NCBI GenBank assembly: GCA_047967505.1
Contig: CM106538.1
Source: Dipteris shenzhenensis
Taxonomy: Eukaryota
Direction: 5' to 3' (one strand)
Length of the DNA stretch: 64,000 bases
Shown here: positions 52,427 to 64,000 of the stretch, one piece after another
How positions within the stretch are numbered: position 1 is the stretch's first letter
How the letters are laid out: each line of letters opens with the position of its first letter
Translations under genes and position numbers: made by a program
Notes under the pieces: generated by a model
The model's database searches: none
What the model was told of the DNA's origin: nothing
Seen by the model: the letters and a program-made list of their open reading frames with translations, nothing else

Positions 52427-53246
52427 GAGTGAGCCAAAACCTTTAAATTATTTGAGAAAAAAGCAAATTTTTTGTAGATTTATATTTTGGTACTTTTGAC
52501 ATTATAAATGATCTCGTAAGGCCCCAAAACCTTGAAAACGACTGCAAACATGGCTACCTTCCAATGACTTTTTGAAAATCCTAGATGGGAAAGCATACAC
52601 CCGGCTTTCGATCGATGATATCATCGACCTAGCACATGTTTGCTCGATGATATCATCGACTAAGAACATTCTTGGTCGATGATATCATCGAGCAAACGCG
52701 TGCCAGGTCGATGACGTTCTTGGTCGATGATATCATCGAGCAAATGCATGCCAAGTCGATGACGTTCTTGGGCGATGATATCATCGAGCAAACGTGCGCC
52801 AGGTCGATGATATCATTGACCTGGCAGGTGGGCACATACTTTTTCCTCTAGGGTTTTTCAAAAAATCATCAGAAGGTATCCATGTTTATAGTCGTTTTTA
52901 GGGTTTTGGGGCTTTTCAAGCTCATTTCTAATGTCAAAAGTACCAAAATATGTATCTAAAAAAAGTTTACATTTTTTCTAAATAAGTCGATGACGTTCTT
53001 GGGCGATGATATCATCGAGCAAACGTGCGCCATGTTGATGATATCATTGACCTGGCAGGTGGGCACATACTTTTTCCTCTAGGGTTTTTCAAAAAATCAT
53101 CAGAAGGTATCCATGTTTATAGTCGTTTTTAGGGTTTTGGGGCTTTTCAAGCTCATTTCTAATGTCAAAAGTACCAAAATATGTATCTAAAAAAAGTTTA
53201 CATTTTTTCTAAATAATTTAGAGCTTTCAAAGGTTTTGGCTCACTC
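52427..53246. mobile_element. Foldback/MITE-like element with 18-bp perfect terminal inverted repeats, long imperfect arms and an internal palindrome array
   Basis: gagtgagccaaaaccttt ... aaaggttttggctcactc. The arms are reverse-complementary over about 200 bp. The core has TCGATGATATCATCGA repeats, and the right arm is duplicated with a 231-bp period. Confidence 0.8.
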
Positions 53247-56200
53247 AGCCAATGATATCATTGACCAAGCATATAGCTTGGTTGCATAAAGCAAGCAAGG
53301 TAGATGATATCATTGACTGAGCAATTGGGTTAGATATTTTGGTATATGCATTTCAATTGAGACAAGTAGGGCAATTGCCAAAGGCGACACAATACATAGC
53401 ATTATCCCAAAAGATTCCAAAGACATTAATTGGATGGAGTGCACAAGTTAAAGCCAAGACACACCATGCAAGAAAGAGGGTGGCATCTCAACTTGGCTAG
53501 GTTGACTCAGATAATGTTCTAGTGGATAGTTTAAAGAAGAAAGGCTCTTACAACTTTTACCCCACAAAGCTTTAGCTCTAGTGCATTTGAAGGTATAGGA
53601 TCCAAGGATGAGTGCTATTCTTTGTAGAATCAATGGCATGTATATTTGTGAAGCAATGTAATTCCTAGCATGTTAGACTTTTGAAATATGTCATGCCATG
53701 GTCCTTTTATTTGCATTAGATGTATAGGTCCATATTGTAATGGATTTGAGACATTATTGTATTTTATGTGGATTTTGTATTCTAAGTAAAGGTTTTCATG
53801 CTTGTTTTCTGAAATACCGTTGTTGATTTTCTTCCAAAAAAATATGGTTTTTATGTCTTTTGTCAAAAGACGTTGTGCAAAATGGCCATCGTTTTAAAAA
53901 ACATGTAAAATTCACATGAAAATAAGGGAATTTTTGAAAGATTCCCCTAGAGTTCTCATTTTGAGGCTATAATTCTCGAATTAGATGTTACAATGTTTAA
54001 ACTAATATGGTAGTGTTTGTTTGTGGCTATTATATCAACCTTAGTTAAGGTCTTGTGGGGCCTCTTTAGTATCTCAAGATTTTGAAAAGATTTCCTTGAG
54101 GTTGTTACTATAGTCCACCTTGCCCTATCTATAGTCATTAGATTTGAAGACCTCTGGTTTTGCATATAGTTTTAGCTTGTAGTACCTCTTTTAAAGGTGC
54201 TTACATTCTATTTATGTCTATTTGGCAAGGCAACCTCCTACAAACTTAAAAGGTGTATGTATTGCAACATTCGATGTATTGGGTAGCTAGAGCAATACCA
54301 AAGAGTGTGTAAACTCTATATTAAAAAATTGTAAATGGTGCTTGTGCTTTAGTAATTTTCTGAACTTGCAAGGTACACTTTCCTTTTACTATTTTGATTA
54401 TAGATCTAGGGCAGCATTAGGCACTCATTTTATTTTAACTTGGAATTCATTTTTTGTGGTTCAACAAAGATCTAGAATCTTGTTTCTAAGAAGAATATTT
54501 TTATAAGATGCCATTCAATATTGTTGGGTTGATGAAGTTGTACCATTGTGAAAAATAGATTTTTTGTAGGTTCATGAAAGTACAATGCACTGTAGCACTT
54601 GAAATTTCAAGAAAGATAGAAACATGTAAAGAAATATATATTCATCTATGACGGGAGTGTACAAGACTGCTTCTTTCTTTTTGTCGAAGTTAAGTCTTAT
54701 CACTTCATGTATTATAGCTGGTATTATTTTTTCATGATTATATTCTAGATGTTGTATTTGTAGTATACATACAATGATGCAAAGTTGCATGCTCCTGCAT
54801 ATGAAACTTTTCTTTTTATTGCAAGAAGCAGGATTTGGATTTGTTGCTCTATTAGATTGCTATTAAAAAACTGAGTACTAGTTGGAAACTTTGTGCATTA
54901 TGAGAAAATGATTTCAAGTAGTATGTGTCTTTTTGACATTGATTAGATATCGCAAAAGACAGAGAGATTTAAAAAAACCTTAATGTGATATGGTATGATT
55001 AAGAATTTTTTAATTTTTAAAATAGTTTTTGCATATCAGATTTGAATTTTGTGGATGAGAAAGGGAATGCTCTGCTATCAAATGAGTCCTCACCAGTGAG
55101 TGTGTAGAATATCAACCCTTCTCTATTGCATGGTATAGGTTCTTTGTTAGCATGTTCACCACCTCCTCCTTTCAAGGGACCTCCTAGTGATAGATTGTCT
55201 ATGAAAAGTTCTTTGTATGAGAATGTGGTCCTTGAAGATAAGAAACCAAAAATATTGAACTCCCTAGGTGAAACCTTAACCTCACACGACTTGTAGAGCC
55301 ATCTCCATTGACACCTCTTAGATATCATGAGAATTGGATAGAGGATGATTGGGCTTCACCTAGGGCTCCAACTAATAGTAGGACTTTGTTCATTGAAGAC
55401 ATTGCTCACTATCAAGAATGATGTGTTTGAGTGAAGAGTTCTAAACAAATATGGTGTATATATGTTATAAAATGTATCATATCCAAAGCCCATACATATT
55501 GATGAGGTGTATTATGTAAGTTTGCCAAGACTCTAAACATAGGAGATTGTGTGCGCATATTAAACTTTTCCATGTGTGTGAGGAATTCAAGAAAGGATGG
55601 TGGTACAAATGATTATACCATCACATTTGACCCCTCTACATACATACAAAGGATTCCATCTTTCAGCATAGACTTTTAAATTTCATGAGAAACTACTATC
55701 TTCAAGCACAAGGAGATTTGCAAGGATCTCATTAACAAGGCTGAGGGAAACCAGTTGCCATTGGAAACCTTGGTAGTGACCATTATCAAGCTAGGCACTC
55801 CTTCAAACAAAGGGATAAACTCATCATTGGAGATGGAGCTCTAGTAGGCGATATCATCACAGCAAGTCCTACTACATCTTTTGGTCACTCTAAGGATCTT
55901 TGGTATTGTCTTTTGTATTTTGTCCACAATAATGAATTCCTCATGATGTAATATAATATTTTCTCATCTAACATTTTGGAGTAATCGAAGATCCGATTTC
56001 TTGAAAGTGGTTGAAAGTTCAAAACATTAGGGGAGTGCCAATTCATTATTCACAATGTTGCTTGCAAGAGGAATATCCAACCTATAGCACTAAACATGCT
56101 TGGTGCCATAATCGTTGCACCTAGGAAGGATCCTTTCATTTCAACCAGTTTATCTAAAGTTTTAATGAATCACATCCAACAGATAGGTTACAATTATTAG

Positions 56201-58094
56201 GTATACTTTAATTCCCTTTGTTTAGAGCTGAATTTCTTACCATTAGCACATCCATAATTGTTTTCCTTTGCTTGCAAATTGAAATTGGATTTTTTAACAT
56301 GTTGAACTATAAGAGGAATTGGCTACATTTTAGGTGACTGGAGTTCTATTGATTGTTGGCATTAATTCAACCCTATATGAATTTGTGTGCATATTTGCAA
56401 AGAGAATAAAATCTCAAGGCAGCTAGACAAAGAGTTTTGCATGGTTTGTGACAAAAACACAGTGTTGTAAAAAATTCCAAAGTTGAAGGCCGTGATAGCT
56501 ACATTCGAGGGAGCCAAAATTGAGGTCATATTGAAGTGACACATTGGTTGGATGATAAGGTCTTGCAAACCCCATCACCCTTTATTCAATTGCTTAATGA
56601 GAATACATAGTTCTTGATGTCACAACTCGTTATCAAGAAGGTGGACGGATGTATTTTGACTAACGTGTTTGGCATCTATATAGATAGCTTCAATACTATT
56701 CAAAAACTAAAACTGCTTGCCCAAAACTTTACCAACTATAATTTTTCAACTTCTAAGATTCATAGATCAATAAACAAATGGAATTGCAAGGTGGCAACAT
56801 ACATTTTTATTTTCTTCATCTTTTTTTAAGACAATTTCCAAGTAACAAGTGTGCTTTTTGAAGAGCTATAGTCCATAAAATCAAAGATGATATTGAAAGA
56901 AATGTTGTGTAAGGTAATAGTTACTATGATGACTGGATGAAAGTAATTTCATCTTTACATTGTACACTCAACTAAAATGCATGGAAGAATATTTAAAAAT
57001 ATTGGAAGACAATACCTTCACATTTTCCCCTTTGGATTCTCTTGTGTATACAAGGCAACCTTAAACTTGGAATATATCATAACATCAATATTAACTTTAA
57101 TTACAAAAAATATATAAGCTTGTCTACCTCAAAACTAAAGATAATACAATTAATTATAGAATGCCCAAATAGGTTAATCATCTCATGCACTTTTTATAAG
57201 GATTTCAATTTTTGAAAAGTTTGGACATCCCATTTTTCCAAATTCTGAAATGTCCATACATACAATCATACAAAAAATTCAAGAGCTAAGAAAGGGTAAG
57301 CATGCTTCAAGACATTTACTAATAAAATTTCATCTCATGATAGCAACAATGTTAAATATTTGGAAACACATCAGATTGAAGAAGAATAAACAATTCAAAA
57401 ACAATTTCAAAAACGGAAGAGATCAATTGTTATAGATAAAAATGTAGACAAGATAGAGTATGTATCTATGTTTGGCAATCCTTCCCCCCAAAAAAAAAAA
57501 CATAGAAGCATTTCAAGACACAACATGCTATGAATGTTTTCATGTGAACGGTTGCTTTTTAAAAAACAAACTTCCTTATTAAAGAAATAAAAATTCCAAT
57601 GCATTATTGAAAGAAGAAAAATCTTACTCCTTGAATATCAAGCAAAAGAGTACCGTATATGTAAAGAATGTAGAATAACTATACAAAAAAATAGGCTACC
57701 TAAATACTTTACCCAATACTCAAATATATATAAATCAACCAATATAAGATGCATGTATTTTGAATGAAGTAGAAGAACACATAATATCTCCAAGAATAGC
57801 TTTTACACAAATAAGAGAACTTAGTTTCAATGGTTGGAAATGTTTTAGTAGACAAGCAAAGATAAAAAACATCTTACCATGGTTTTTGGATGATGAGGCT
57901 AGCATGATATTTGGTATTAAAAAGAACATGGAGTACATGTCAAGTTATCCCATTAGAAATGTTAGACCATGTCATGAATGCAATGAACTCACTCTTGCAA
58001 ACTCCTTTATACCAAACAAATAATATAACTACATAGTGAGCAAACCCCTCTAGTAGGGTCAATTAGCCACACACGTTGAGTGTCAGTAAAGAAA

Positions 58095-60720
58095 TGGATT
58101 TATTTATTACCATGCTTCTTTTGCCCTATTTTAGCCCTAGGGTTGGGGCTCTTAAGAACTAGGGTGCTTAGCATGAGAGAGTCTTCTTTTAGAGTGAAGC
58201 TAAAGCCATAGCCTTCTCTTTGACTACAATATCTTTCTCTAAGCTTGAGAGGGCAGGAAGTTCCTCTTCTGAGTTTGCCTCCTCAAAAAGCACATCATCA
58301 CTCTTCAGCACTTCATCCTCAAAGTCCTTCAACCAACCCTCGCCCAATTCGCTCTTGGTTTCTTCAATAACCATATCCTCTGGGGGCTCAACCTCAAGAG
58401 CATTGAAAGAGTTGTTGAGAGGTAAAGCAAGAGCATCCTTGTGAGTGAAACTGCTAATGCCAACAGGAGCTTCATCTTTAGTGACCTCTTTTCTAGCCAG
58501 CCAACTTCTAAGAACCAAAACAGCCATGCTCAGATGGGAGAAGGGAGGTGCTCTTTGGTATCCACTTCTCCTGATTAGCAGTCACAGTTGGGTTTGTTCG
58601 AGTTTTAGCTTTAGATTTTTTGAGGGGACAACTTTTGATTGTGTGATGTAACAGACCACACAAAAAACAAGAATTTGGGAGATTCTTGTAGATCAGGGAT
58701 TGTTCCCTTACAATGTCTCCTCTTCTATTAAGCAAGAGCAATGTCTTTGGGAGGTCTTCAAGAAGGTCAACCTACAAATAAACTTTTGGATTTCCCCTTG
58801 GGTTAATAAAACGTTCTCTCTCAACACTTAAAACCCTTCCCAAGGACTTGCAAAGCGATGTAGCTTGATTGAAGAGAGAAAAAGGTAAGTCAGGGAGTTC
58901 CACCCATATAGGTAGCTTGGTGGAATAGGGCATGTCAGGATTGAAAAAGGGAGACCACCTCTCCAAATATAGAGGTTGGTTCCTTATGGTCAAAAGACCA
59001 TGTTACATGACCTTAGAAGTGGCTTCTGGGCTATCAAAAAGAAAGATAAAGTATCCTCTATGCAGAAAGCGCACATTTACAATGCATATCCCCTTCTTCA
59101 CCTAATTGTTCTGAAACCAGCTCTTTAGGTAAGCTACTAGTGGGCATGTGCCATGCAAAAACCCAACAAGTGCATGATTAAACAAGAAGTCTTTAGCATC
59201 CTTAAGATCCTCTTTGTCAATGAATGCTAACATAGTTTTATCTGTTTGATTAGCTTTCTCCGATCCTAGAGTTGTGTCGCTCGATCCATGAGCCTCTCGT
59301 GCATTCTCAGGTGCATCTGCTCCTTTGTTGGAGCCAAGGGAGTCTGTTGGTAGATTGTTGGGCATGCAGGTCTCTTTTTTTGGCTCCGTAGGGTCGGCAG
59401 CATATTCTTGTGCTAGAGCTCGGGTCTCTCCTGCAATATTGTCTCCTATTCGGTAGCTATCAAAAGAGAGCACCTTTAGGGGATGCAAAAAAACATGTTT
59501 TTGTTTGTTGTAACACTTGCATAAGAGGCACGAGGTTCAAAGCCTTGGCTATTCGGCCTTCTGGTAATGCTTTAGAGAGTTCAATGTTATGACCGCCTCT
59601 TGTACTACCTCTCCCTGCAGCACATCCACCTCTACCCATGACAAGGGGTTTGCCAAAGCTTGAGTTGCCACATCCACTGGTTCCTCCTTGACTTCTATCT
59701 TGGAAACCAGCCAAAAATCGAGGGTGGGGGCCTCCATGAGTGTCTCTTTCTAGCAGTATAGGAGACAAAAGTTGCAGCTACTTAGAGTGAGGTGGAAATT
59801 CATAAACCTCAAAAAAGTCAATAATTGTTCTATCCCAATTAAGAGGGATTAGGGAAGACGATAGCCATTATTTTGTAAAATATAGTCATGTCGTATATAG
59901 GGTTCGCATGCAAGAGATCTGGGAATGTTTGAGCTATGCTCTATGTATGCCTACCTACTCAATGGTGTCTGCTAGGGTGGCACACAATGTATCCACTTGT
60001 TGGCAGAGCTAGTTGGTGTCCTCATTAGCAAGGAACTTGGATAAATACTAGATGCACCATCGGGTAACATGAAGGCTGGGGCTTAAAGTAAGTGCACTTG
60101 TAGAGCATTAGGATTGAGTTTGATGGACCACCCTTAGGGAAATATGAGGCCTAGGGTAGATTGCATCTCTAGCTCAATTTTTTTCTATTTGGAGGGCTCA
60201 GTTATAAAGGCATCCTTGATGACCACATTATGCTTAAAATGCACAAGGATCATGCTACTGAGGCCAAAGGGGATCGGAGCAGGAGGTTTAGTAGAAACAA
60301 GAGGTGGGAGTACCATGGTAGAGGCAAGTGGAAGTTGGTCCAACTCACTTGATAGGGGAATAGGGACTATAATGGATATAGGTGTTGAGCTGAGTGGATA
60401 GGTACAACACACTAGTCCTGAATAGGTAACGGCCAGAACTATATTGGCTAGAGTTGTCAAGGGCATAGGAGCAAAATTTGGCACTAGACACCAAGTGAGG
60501 ATCACACTAGACAAGGGCACTTAGGCTACATCGAGAGACACTACATGGTGAACAACTCCTTGTGGGAGCTTCATATGCACAAACCATCTGCTTTGTCACC
60601 AAGTGTCTACCGGAGCATGTGCAAGTTTCACCAAGTGTCTACCGAGGCATGTGCAAGTGATTCCATGAGGGGAGGGAAGAGAGGGGAGAAGGGAGGGAAA
60701 GGGGAATGAGAGCATGAGGG
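58095..60720 (-). mobile_element. Decayed L1-type ORF1 with no ORF2 following
   Basis: FLHRGYFIFLF..LTIRNQPLYLERWSPFFNP..LPIWVELPDLP..LGRVL (DUF4283-like) and YKNLPNSCFLCGLLHHTIKSCP (zinc knuckle). AATAAATAAA at about 58098-58107. The 5' boundary is approximate. Confidence 0.8.
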
Positions 60721-61782
60721 AGAGGAGATGGGGTTAGGGGGAGAGAGCCAATCACAAGACAACTTAGCAAGAAAGAGCAAGAAGACTCAATGCAAAAGAA
60801 TGAGAAGAAGAGAGCTTCTATTACAAATCTTACACATACACAATGAAGACCAAAGTCAAACTTTTGGCCTTATATACATATCCACCTTTTGAAGGGATGG
60901 CTAACCCTTGTACTCTCATGTACATCTCTTGTCTTGTTTTATAACCGCTTGGGCCCATTCAGATCTAAGGGAATTATCATTTGCTACTCCTCACTCTCTC
61001 TCCTACATTTCCACATTCTTATCATGGTACATGAACTGTTAATTGTTGTGGCAGTTAACATGCCCCCTTCCTGTGGGATATGCAACAAAATGGATGTCGC
61101 AGCTTTCAAAAATGTGTCTTGAACACATCTGCTTTCCATCCAAATGTGGGCAAATTCTAAGGTCGAGAAGAGTTGACTAAATCCATACCCCCATCCTTCT
61201 CCTTCTTCCACATCTAGCTACCCTCCTCTTCTAAATTCTCAACCCCACACAAGACCTTCCTCCCTCTACATTGAACTCCACCTTACTCCCATCCTCATCT
61301 CTCAGGCTATACATCGAGCCCTTCTTGCAGCAATGTCCTAGCTATCCACCCATCATCCATTCTCTTCTTCAAGCATCTTGAAACATCGAGAAAGATTTTG
61401 GAAAGTCATTGAAGGTGACTTTCTTCTCTAATTTCGTAAAGATTCCCGTCATTTTAAAAGTTCCATCAAGATTTGTTTTTATTTCCACAACCTACCCTTT
61501 TCCCCACCTCTTCCACCCTTTTTCCTATTAATTTTCATCCTCCCTCCTCCCCTCTCATTTCCTCTTTCTTAATTCTAACTCAAGACTGATTCTTTCGTTG
61601 CATATGTATGCCTTATGGTTGCCTTATGGGCAGTTCTCCCCTCAGGTTCATCAATGGTTTGCTACCTCCACTTCAAAATCCCTCAATCTTATCCACATGG
61701 AATGACCTCTCCACAATCCCCCCCTTGTAGCTAATGATCCCATCTCACAAAGATAAAGATGTGTTGGAGGATTACTTGGCCT

Positions 61783-61784
<2 letters not shown>

Positions 61785-61834
<50 letters not shown>

Positions 61835-61846
61835 CCCCCCCCTCCC
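61785..61846. repeat. (CT)n microsatellite plus C run
   Basis: Direct reading. Confidence 0.95.
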
Positions 61847-62329
61847 CTCACCTCTAACTTGACATATCTCACCATTCTCTATGTCAATCTCCTAACCTCA
61901 CTCCCCCTAGCTGCTACCCCCTCTTTAACCTTTCCTGATCTCCAATCAAATCTCTTTTTCCTTCACTACCTCCTTGCTCATGCTTCGCATGACTTCCACC
62001 TCACCCAAAAATCTAGACTTACCAAGCCCTCACTCCTAACTTATTTCCTTCTATTGCTAATCCTACCACCAAAGATTACCAAGTTGCTCAATCCATGTGC
62101 TCAATTCTCCCTCCACTCCCCATATATATCCCTCCCACTATTTGCCACCTTCTACTATGAGCCCCCTTCCACATTGCTCCCCACGTCCCCACTTCTCTCC
62201 ATGCACTGCCATCACTGCCACCCAACACCACATGAGAAGCCATCAATAGCAATGGACATGATCTTTGATTTTCAATATTGAGACCCGAATGATCCTAATT
62301 GCACACCCATGTTTGATTCCACCAAAAGG

Positions 62330-62640
62330 AACTAACCCTAACCCTAAGGGGTTCACATGTATATCTTCATGTTCATGTTCAATACACTTATTGTACAGGT
62401 AGCTATATCGTGTGCACTCCTCTTTGTCTTCCTCTCTCACTTCTGCTATCATGGTATGAGAGCACCAGGTGCTCCCACTCCCTTTGTGAGTATCAAGCCC
62501 TCCTTGCATGAGGCATCTTCCATTGAGAGAAATTTCCATTAGAAAGAGTGAAAGCCCTTGCTTCACCAAGGCATAAGCCCTTACTTCGTCAAGGCACAAG
62601 CCCTCTCTTTTGAGGCATCTCCGTTCCATCTCTGCCTCTT
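62330..62640 (+). mobile_element. LTR end plus PBS of the same family as 4770-5150
   Basis: aaccctaaccctaaggggtt..catgtatat.ttcatgttcatg..gtgcactcc.. then ca|tggtatgagagc (62452-62463), followed by caaggca(c/t)aagccct repeats. Confidence 0.75.
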
Positions 62641-63639
62641 CTTGTAGAGCTCTTCTCCATCTTTGTTTTGGTTGAAAAAGCTCAAGAATCCACTTCTTAG
62701 AGTTTGAGATATGATCATTTTATGAGATTGTGAGTGTTCAATTCCGTCAATTCTTTGCTCTTCATTTTGAGAGAGAGATTTCATGGTGAGAAAGAGCTTT
62801 CATGAGCCCATTCTTTGTCTTGAAAAAGAGGAAGAGAGTTCTTGAGATTTCTTTATGAGGAAGCATAGGGACTCCTAGCCTTTTAGCTAATAAAAGTAAA
62901 GGCTTGTGGAGATCTACAGCAAGCTCGGCTTCTTGAATAACAAATGTAGGATCTTCATCAACGTTCAAGCAGCTCCCTCGCTAGCTACACTATCTATAGC
63001 CTCTATAGCCTGGTGACCTTCATAGAGCCCTCTTAGCAACTTGGCACTTTCCAATAGCCATAGTCCGATGAACCCCCTCCAGAGTCCAAATGTGCTCTTG
63101 CCCTTGACCTCTTTAACGACCAACTTCTGTGAATATTGCTCCAACTAGCCAATGCCTCAACCTCCTGCAAACAATGAGATGACTCACATTTACAAGACAA
63201 CCATCCATTTCCAATCCAAGGCATTAGTGACGTATCAATTTAGCTTCCAAATGGTGACATCAAATTCATTGTAATGTGTCATATGTGTTGGGACTTGCAA
63301 TGAATTTACTATTAATTCTACAATGTGTTGATCAAAAGATTTAGACTTTTTTCGATGACAAGTTATCTTTTTCACAAAAGATGGAACCACTAGACATGGA
63401 TTAAGGGATCTCAATTGTTAAAATAAAAAGTTGGTATCCAAGGGATACAAAGTATGTATGCTTGCACATACTAACTCTTAAACGTGGCACCCAAGATTTG
63501 GTCATCTTCACTTTAGAGCCATGTAGTTGCTCCGAGATCATCAACATCCATGAAATGAAATCAACCTAAGGTCGATTTGGAAACTCAAACTATGCTTTGA
63601 ATCTATTTGTATGTTTTAATGAGCATCAAATTGACCTAG

Positions 63640-64000
63640 TATGCCCGATTTGTAGATTAAACCCTTGGCACGGATTGAAGCTAAGCCTGCAGATATGTCT
63701 GAGGATGATTGGAATGAGTTGGATTGCAGAGTCAGTTTATTTCACAATAGTAAATGAGCAGACTACGGAAGATTTGTGGAAGAAATTGTGTGCCACTTAT
63801 GAGAAAGAAACTGCCTCTAATAAAATTTACCTCATGAAGAGGTTGTTTGAGCTATAGAAGAAGGAAGGGGTCTCCATTGCTTCTCACTTGAATGAATTCA
63901 ATATTATTTTCAGCCAGCTTTAGGCTCAAAAGATGAATTTTGATGTGGAGACTAAGGCAATATTTCTCTTATGTTCATTGCCATCCTCATGGGATACCTT
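63640..64000 (+). mobile_element. Ty1/copia gag fragment (Tnt1-like UBN2 region), continuing beyond the window
   Basis: KPADMSEDDWNELD..EDLWKKLCATYEKETASNKIYLMKRLFEL*..SIASHLNEFN..KAIFLLCSLPSSWDT, with in-frame stops. Confidence 0.88.

Noticed and set aside
52612-52820. Palindromic repeat array as a possible CRISPR
   Set aside because: The intervening sequences are themselves repeated rather than unique spacers, the context is eukaryotic, and no cas genes are present.

Overview
This is eukaryotic land-plant nuclear DNA. The long TE-filled introns and TE families suggest a large-genome plant such as a fern, but that is inference. Two host genes can be read, both on the minus strand. (1) The first two exons of a papain-like (C1A) cysteine protease lie at 15-860, and the gene runs off the left edge. 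Its proximal promoter and first codons have been amplified into a six-copy tandem array. (2) A complete six-exon STT3B gene (oligosaccharyltransferase catalytic subunit, 738 aa by my splicing) spans 45734 to 14828. Its last two introns are about 18.8 kb and 8.4 kb and flank a 60-nt exon. The rest is mostly transposon-derived. It includes a very young non-autonomous LTR element (298-bp LTRs, 1 mismatch, GTCTT TSD) and a Ty1/copia with both LTRs and a GAGCC TSD whose RT region is replaced by LINE-derived DNA. There are also older nested copia, gypsy and L1-like fragments, one or two ORF1-only (HAL1-like) LINE derivatives, a foldback element built on a 16-bp palindrome, microsatellites and tandem duplications. 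No tRNA genes, full rRNA genes or CRISPR arrays were seen. The AT-rich regions 48.5-52.4 kb and 53.4-58 kb could not be assigned.
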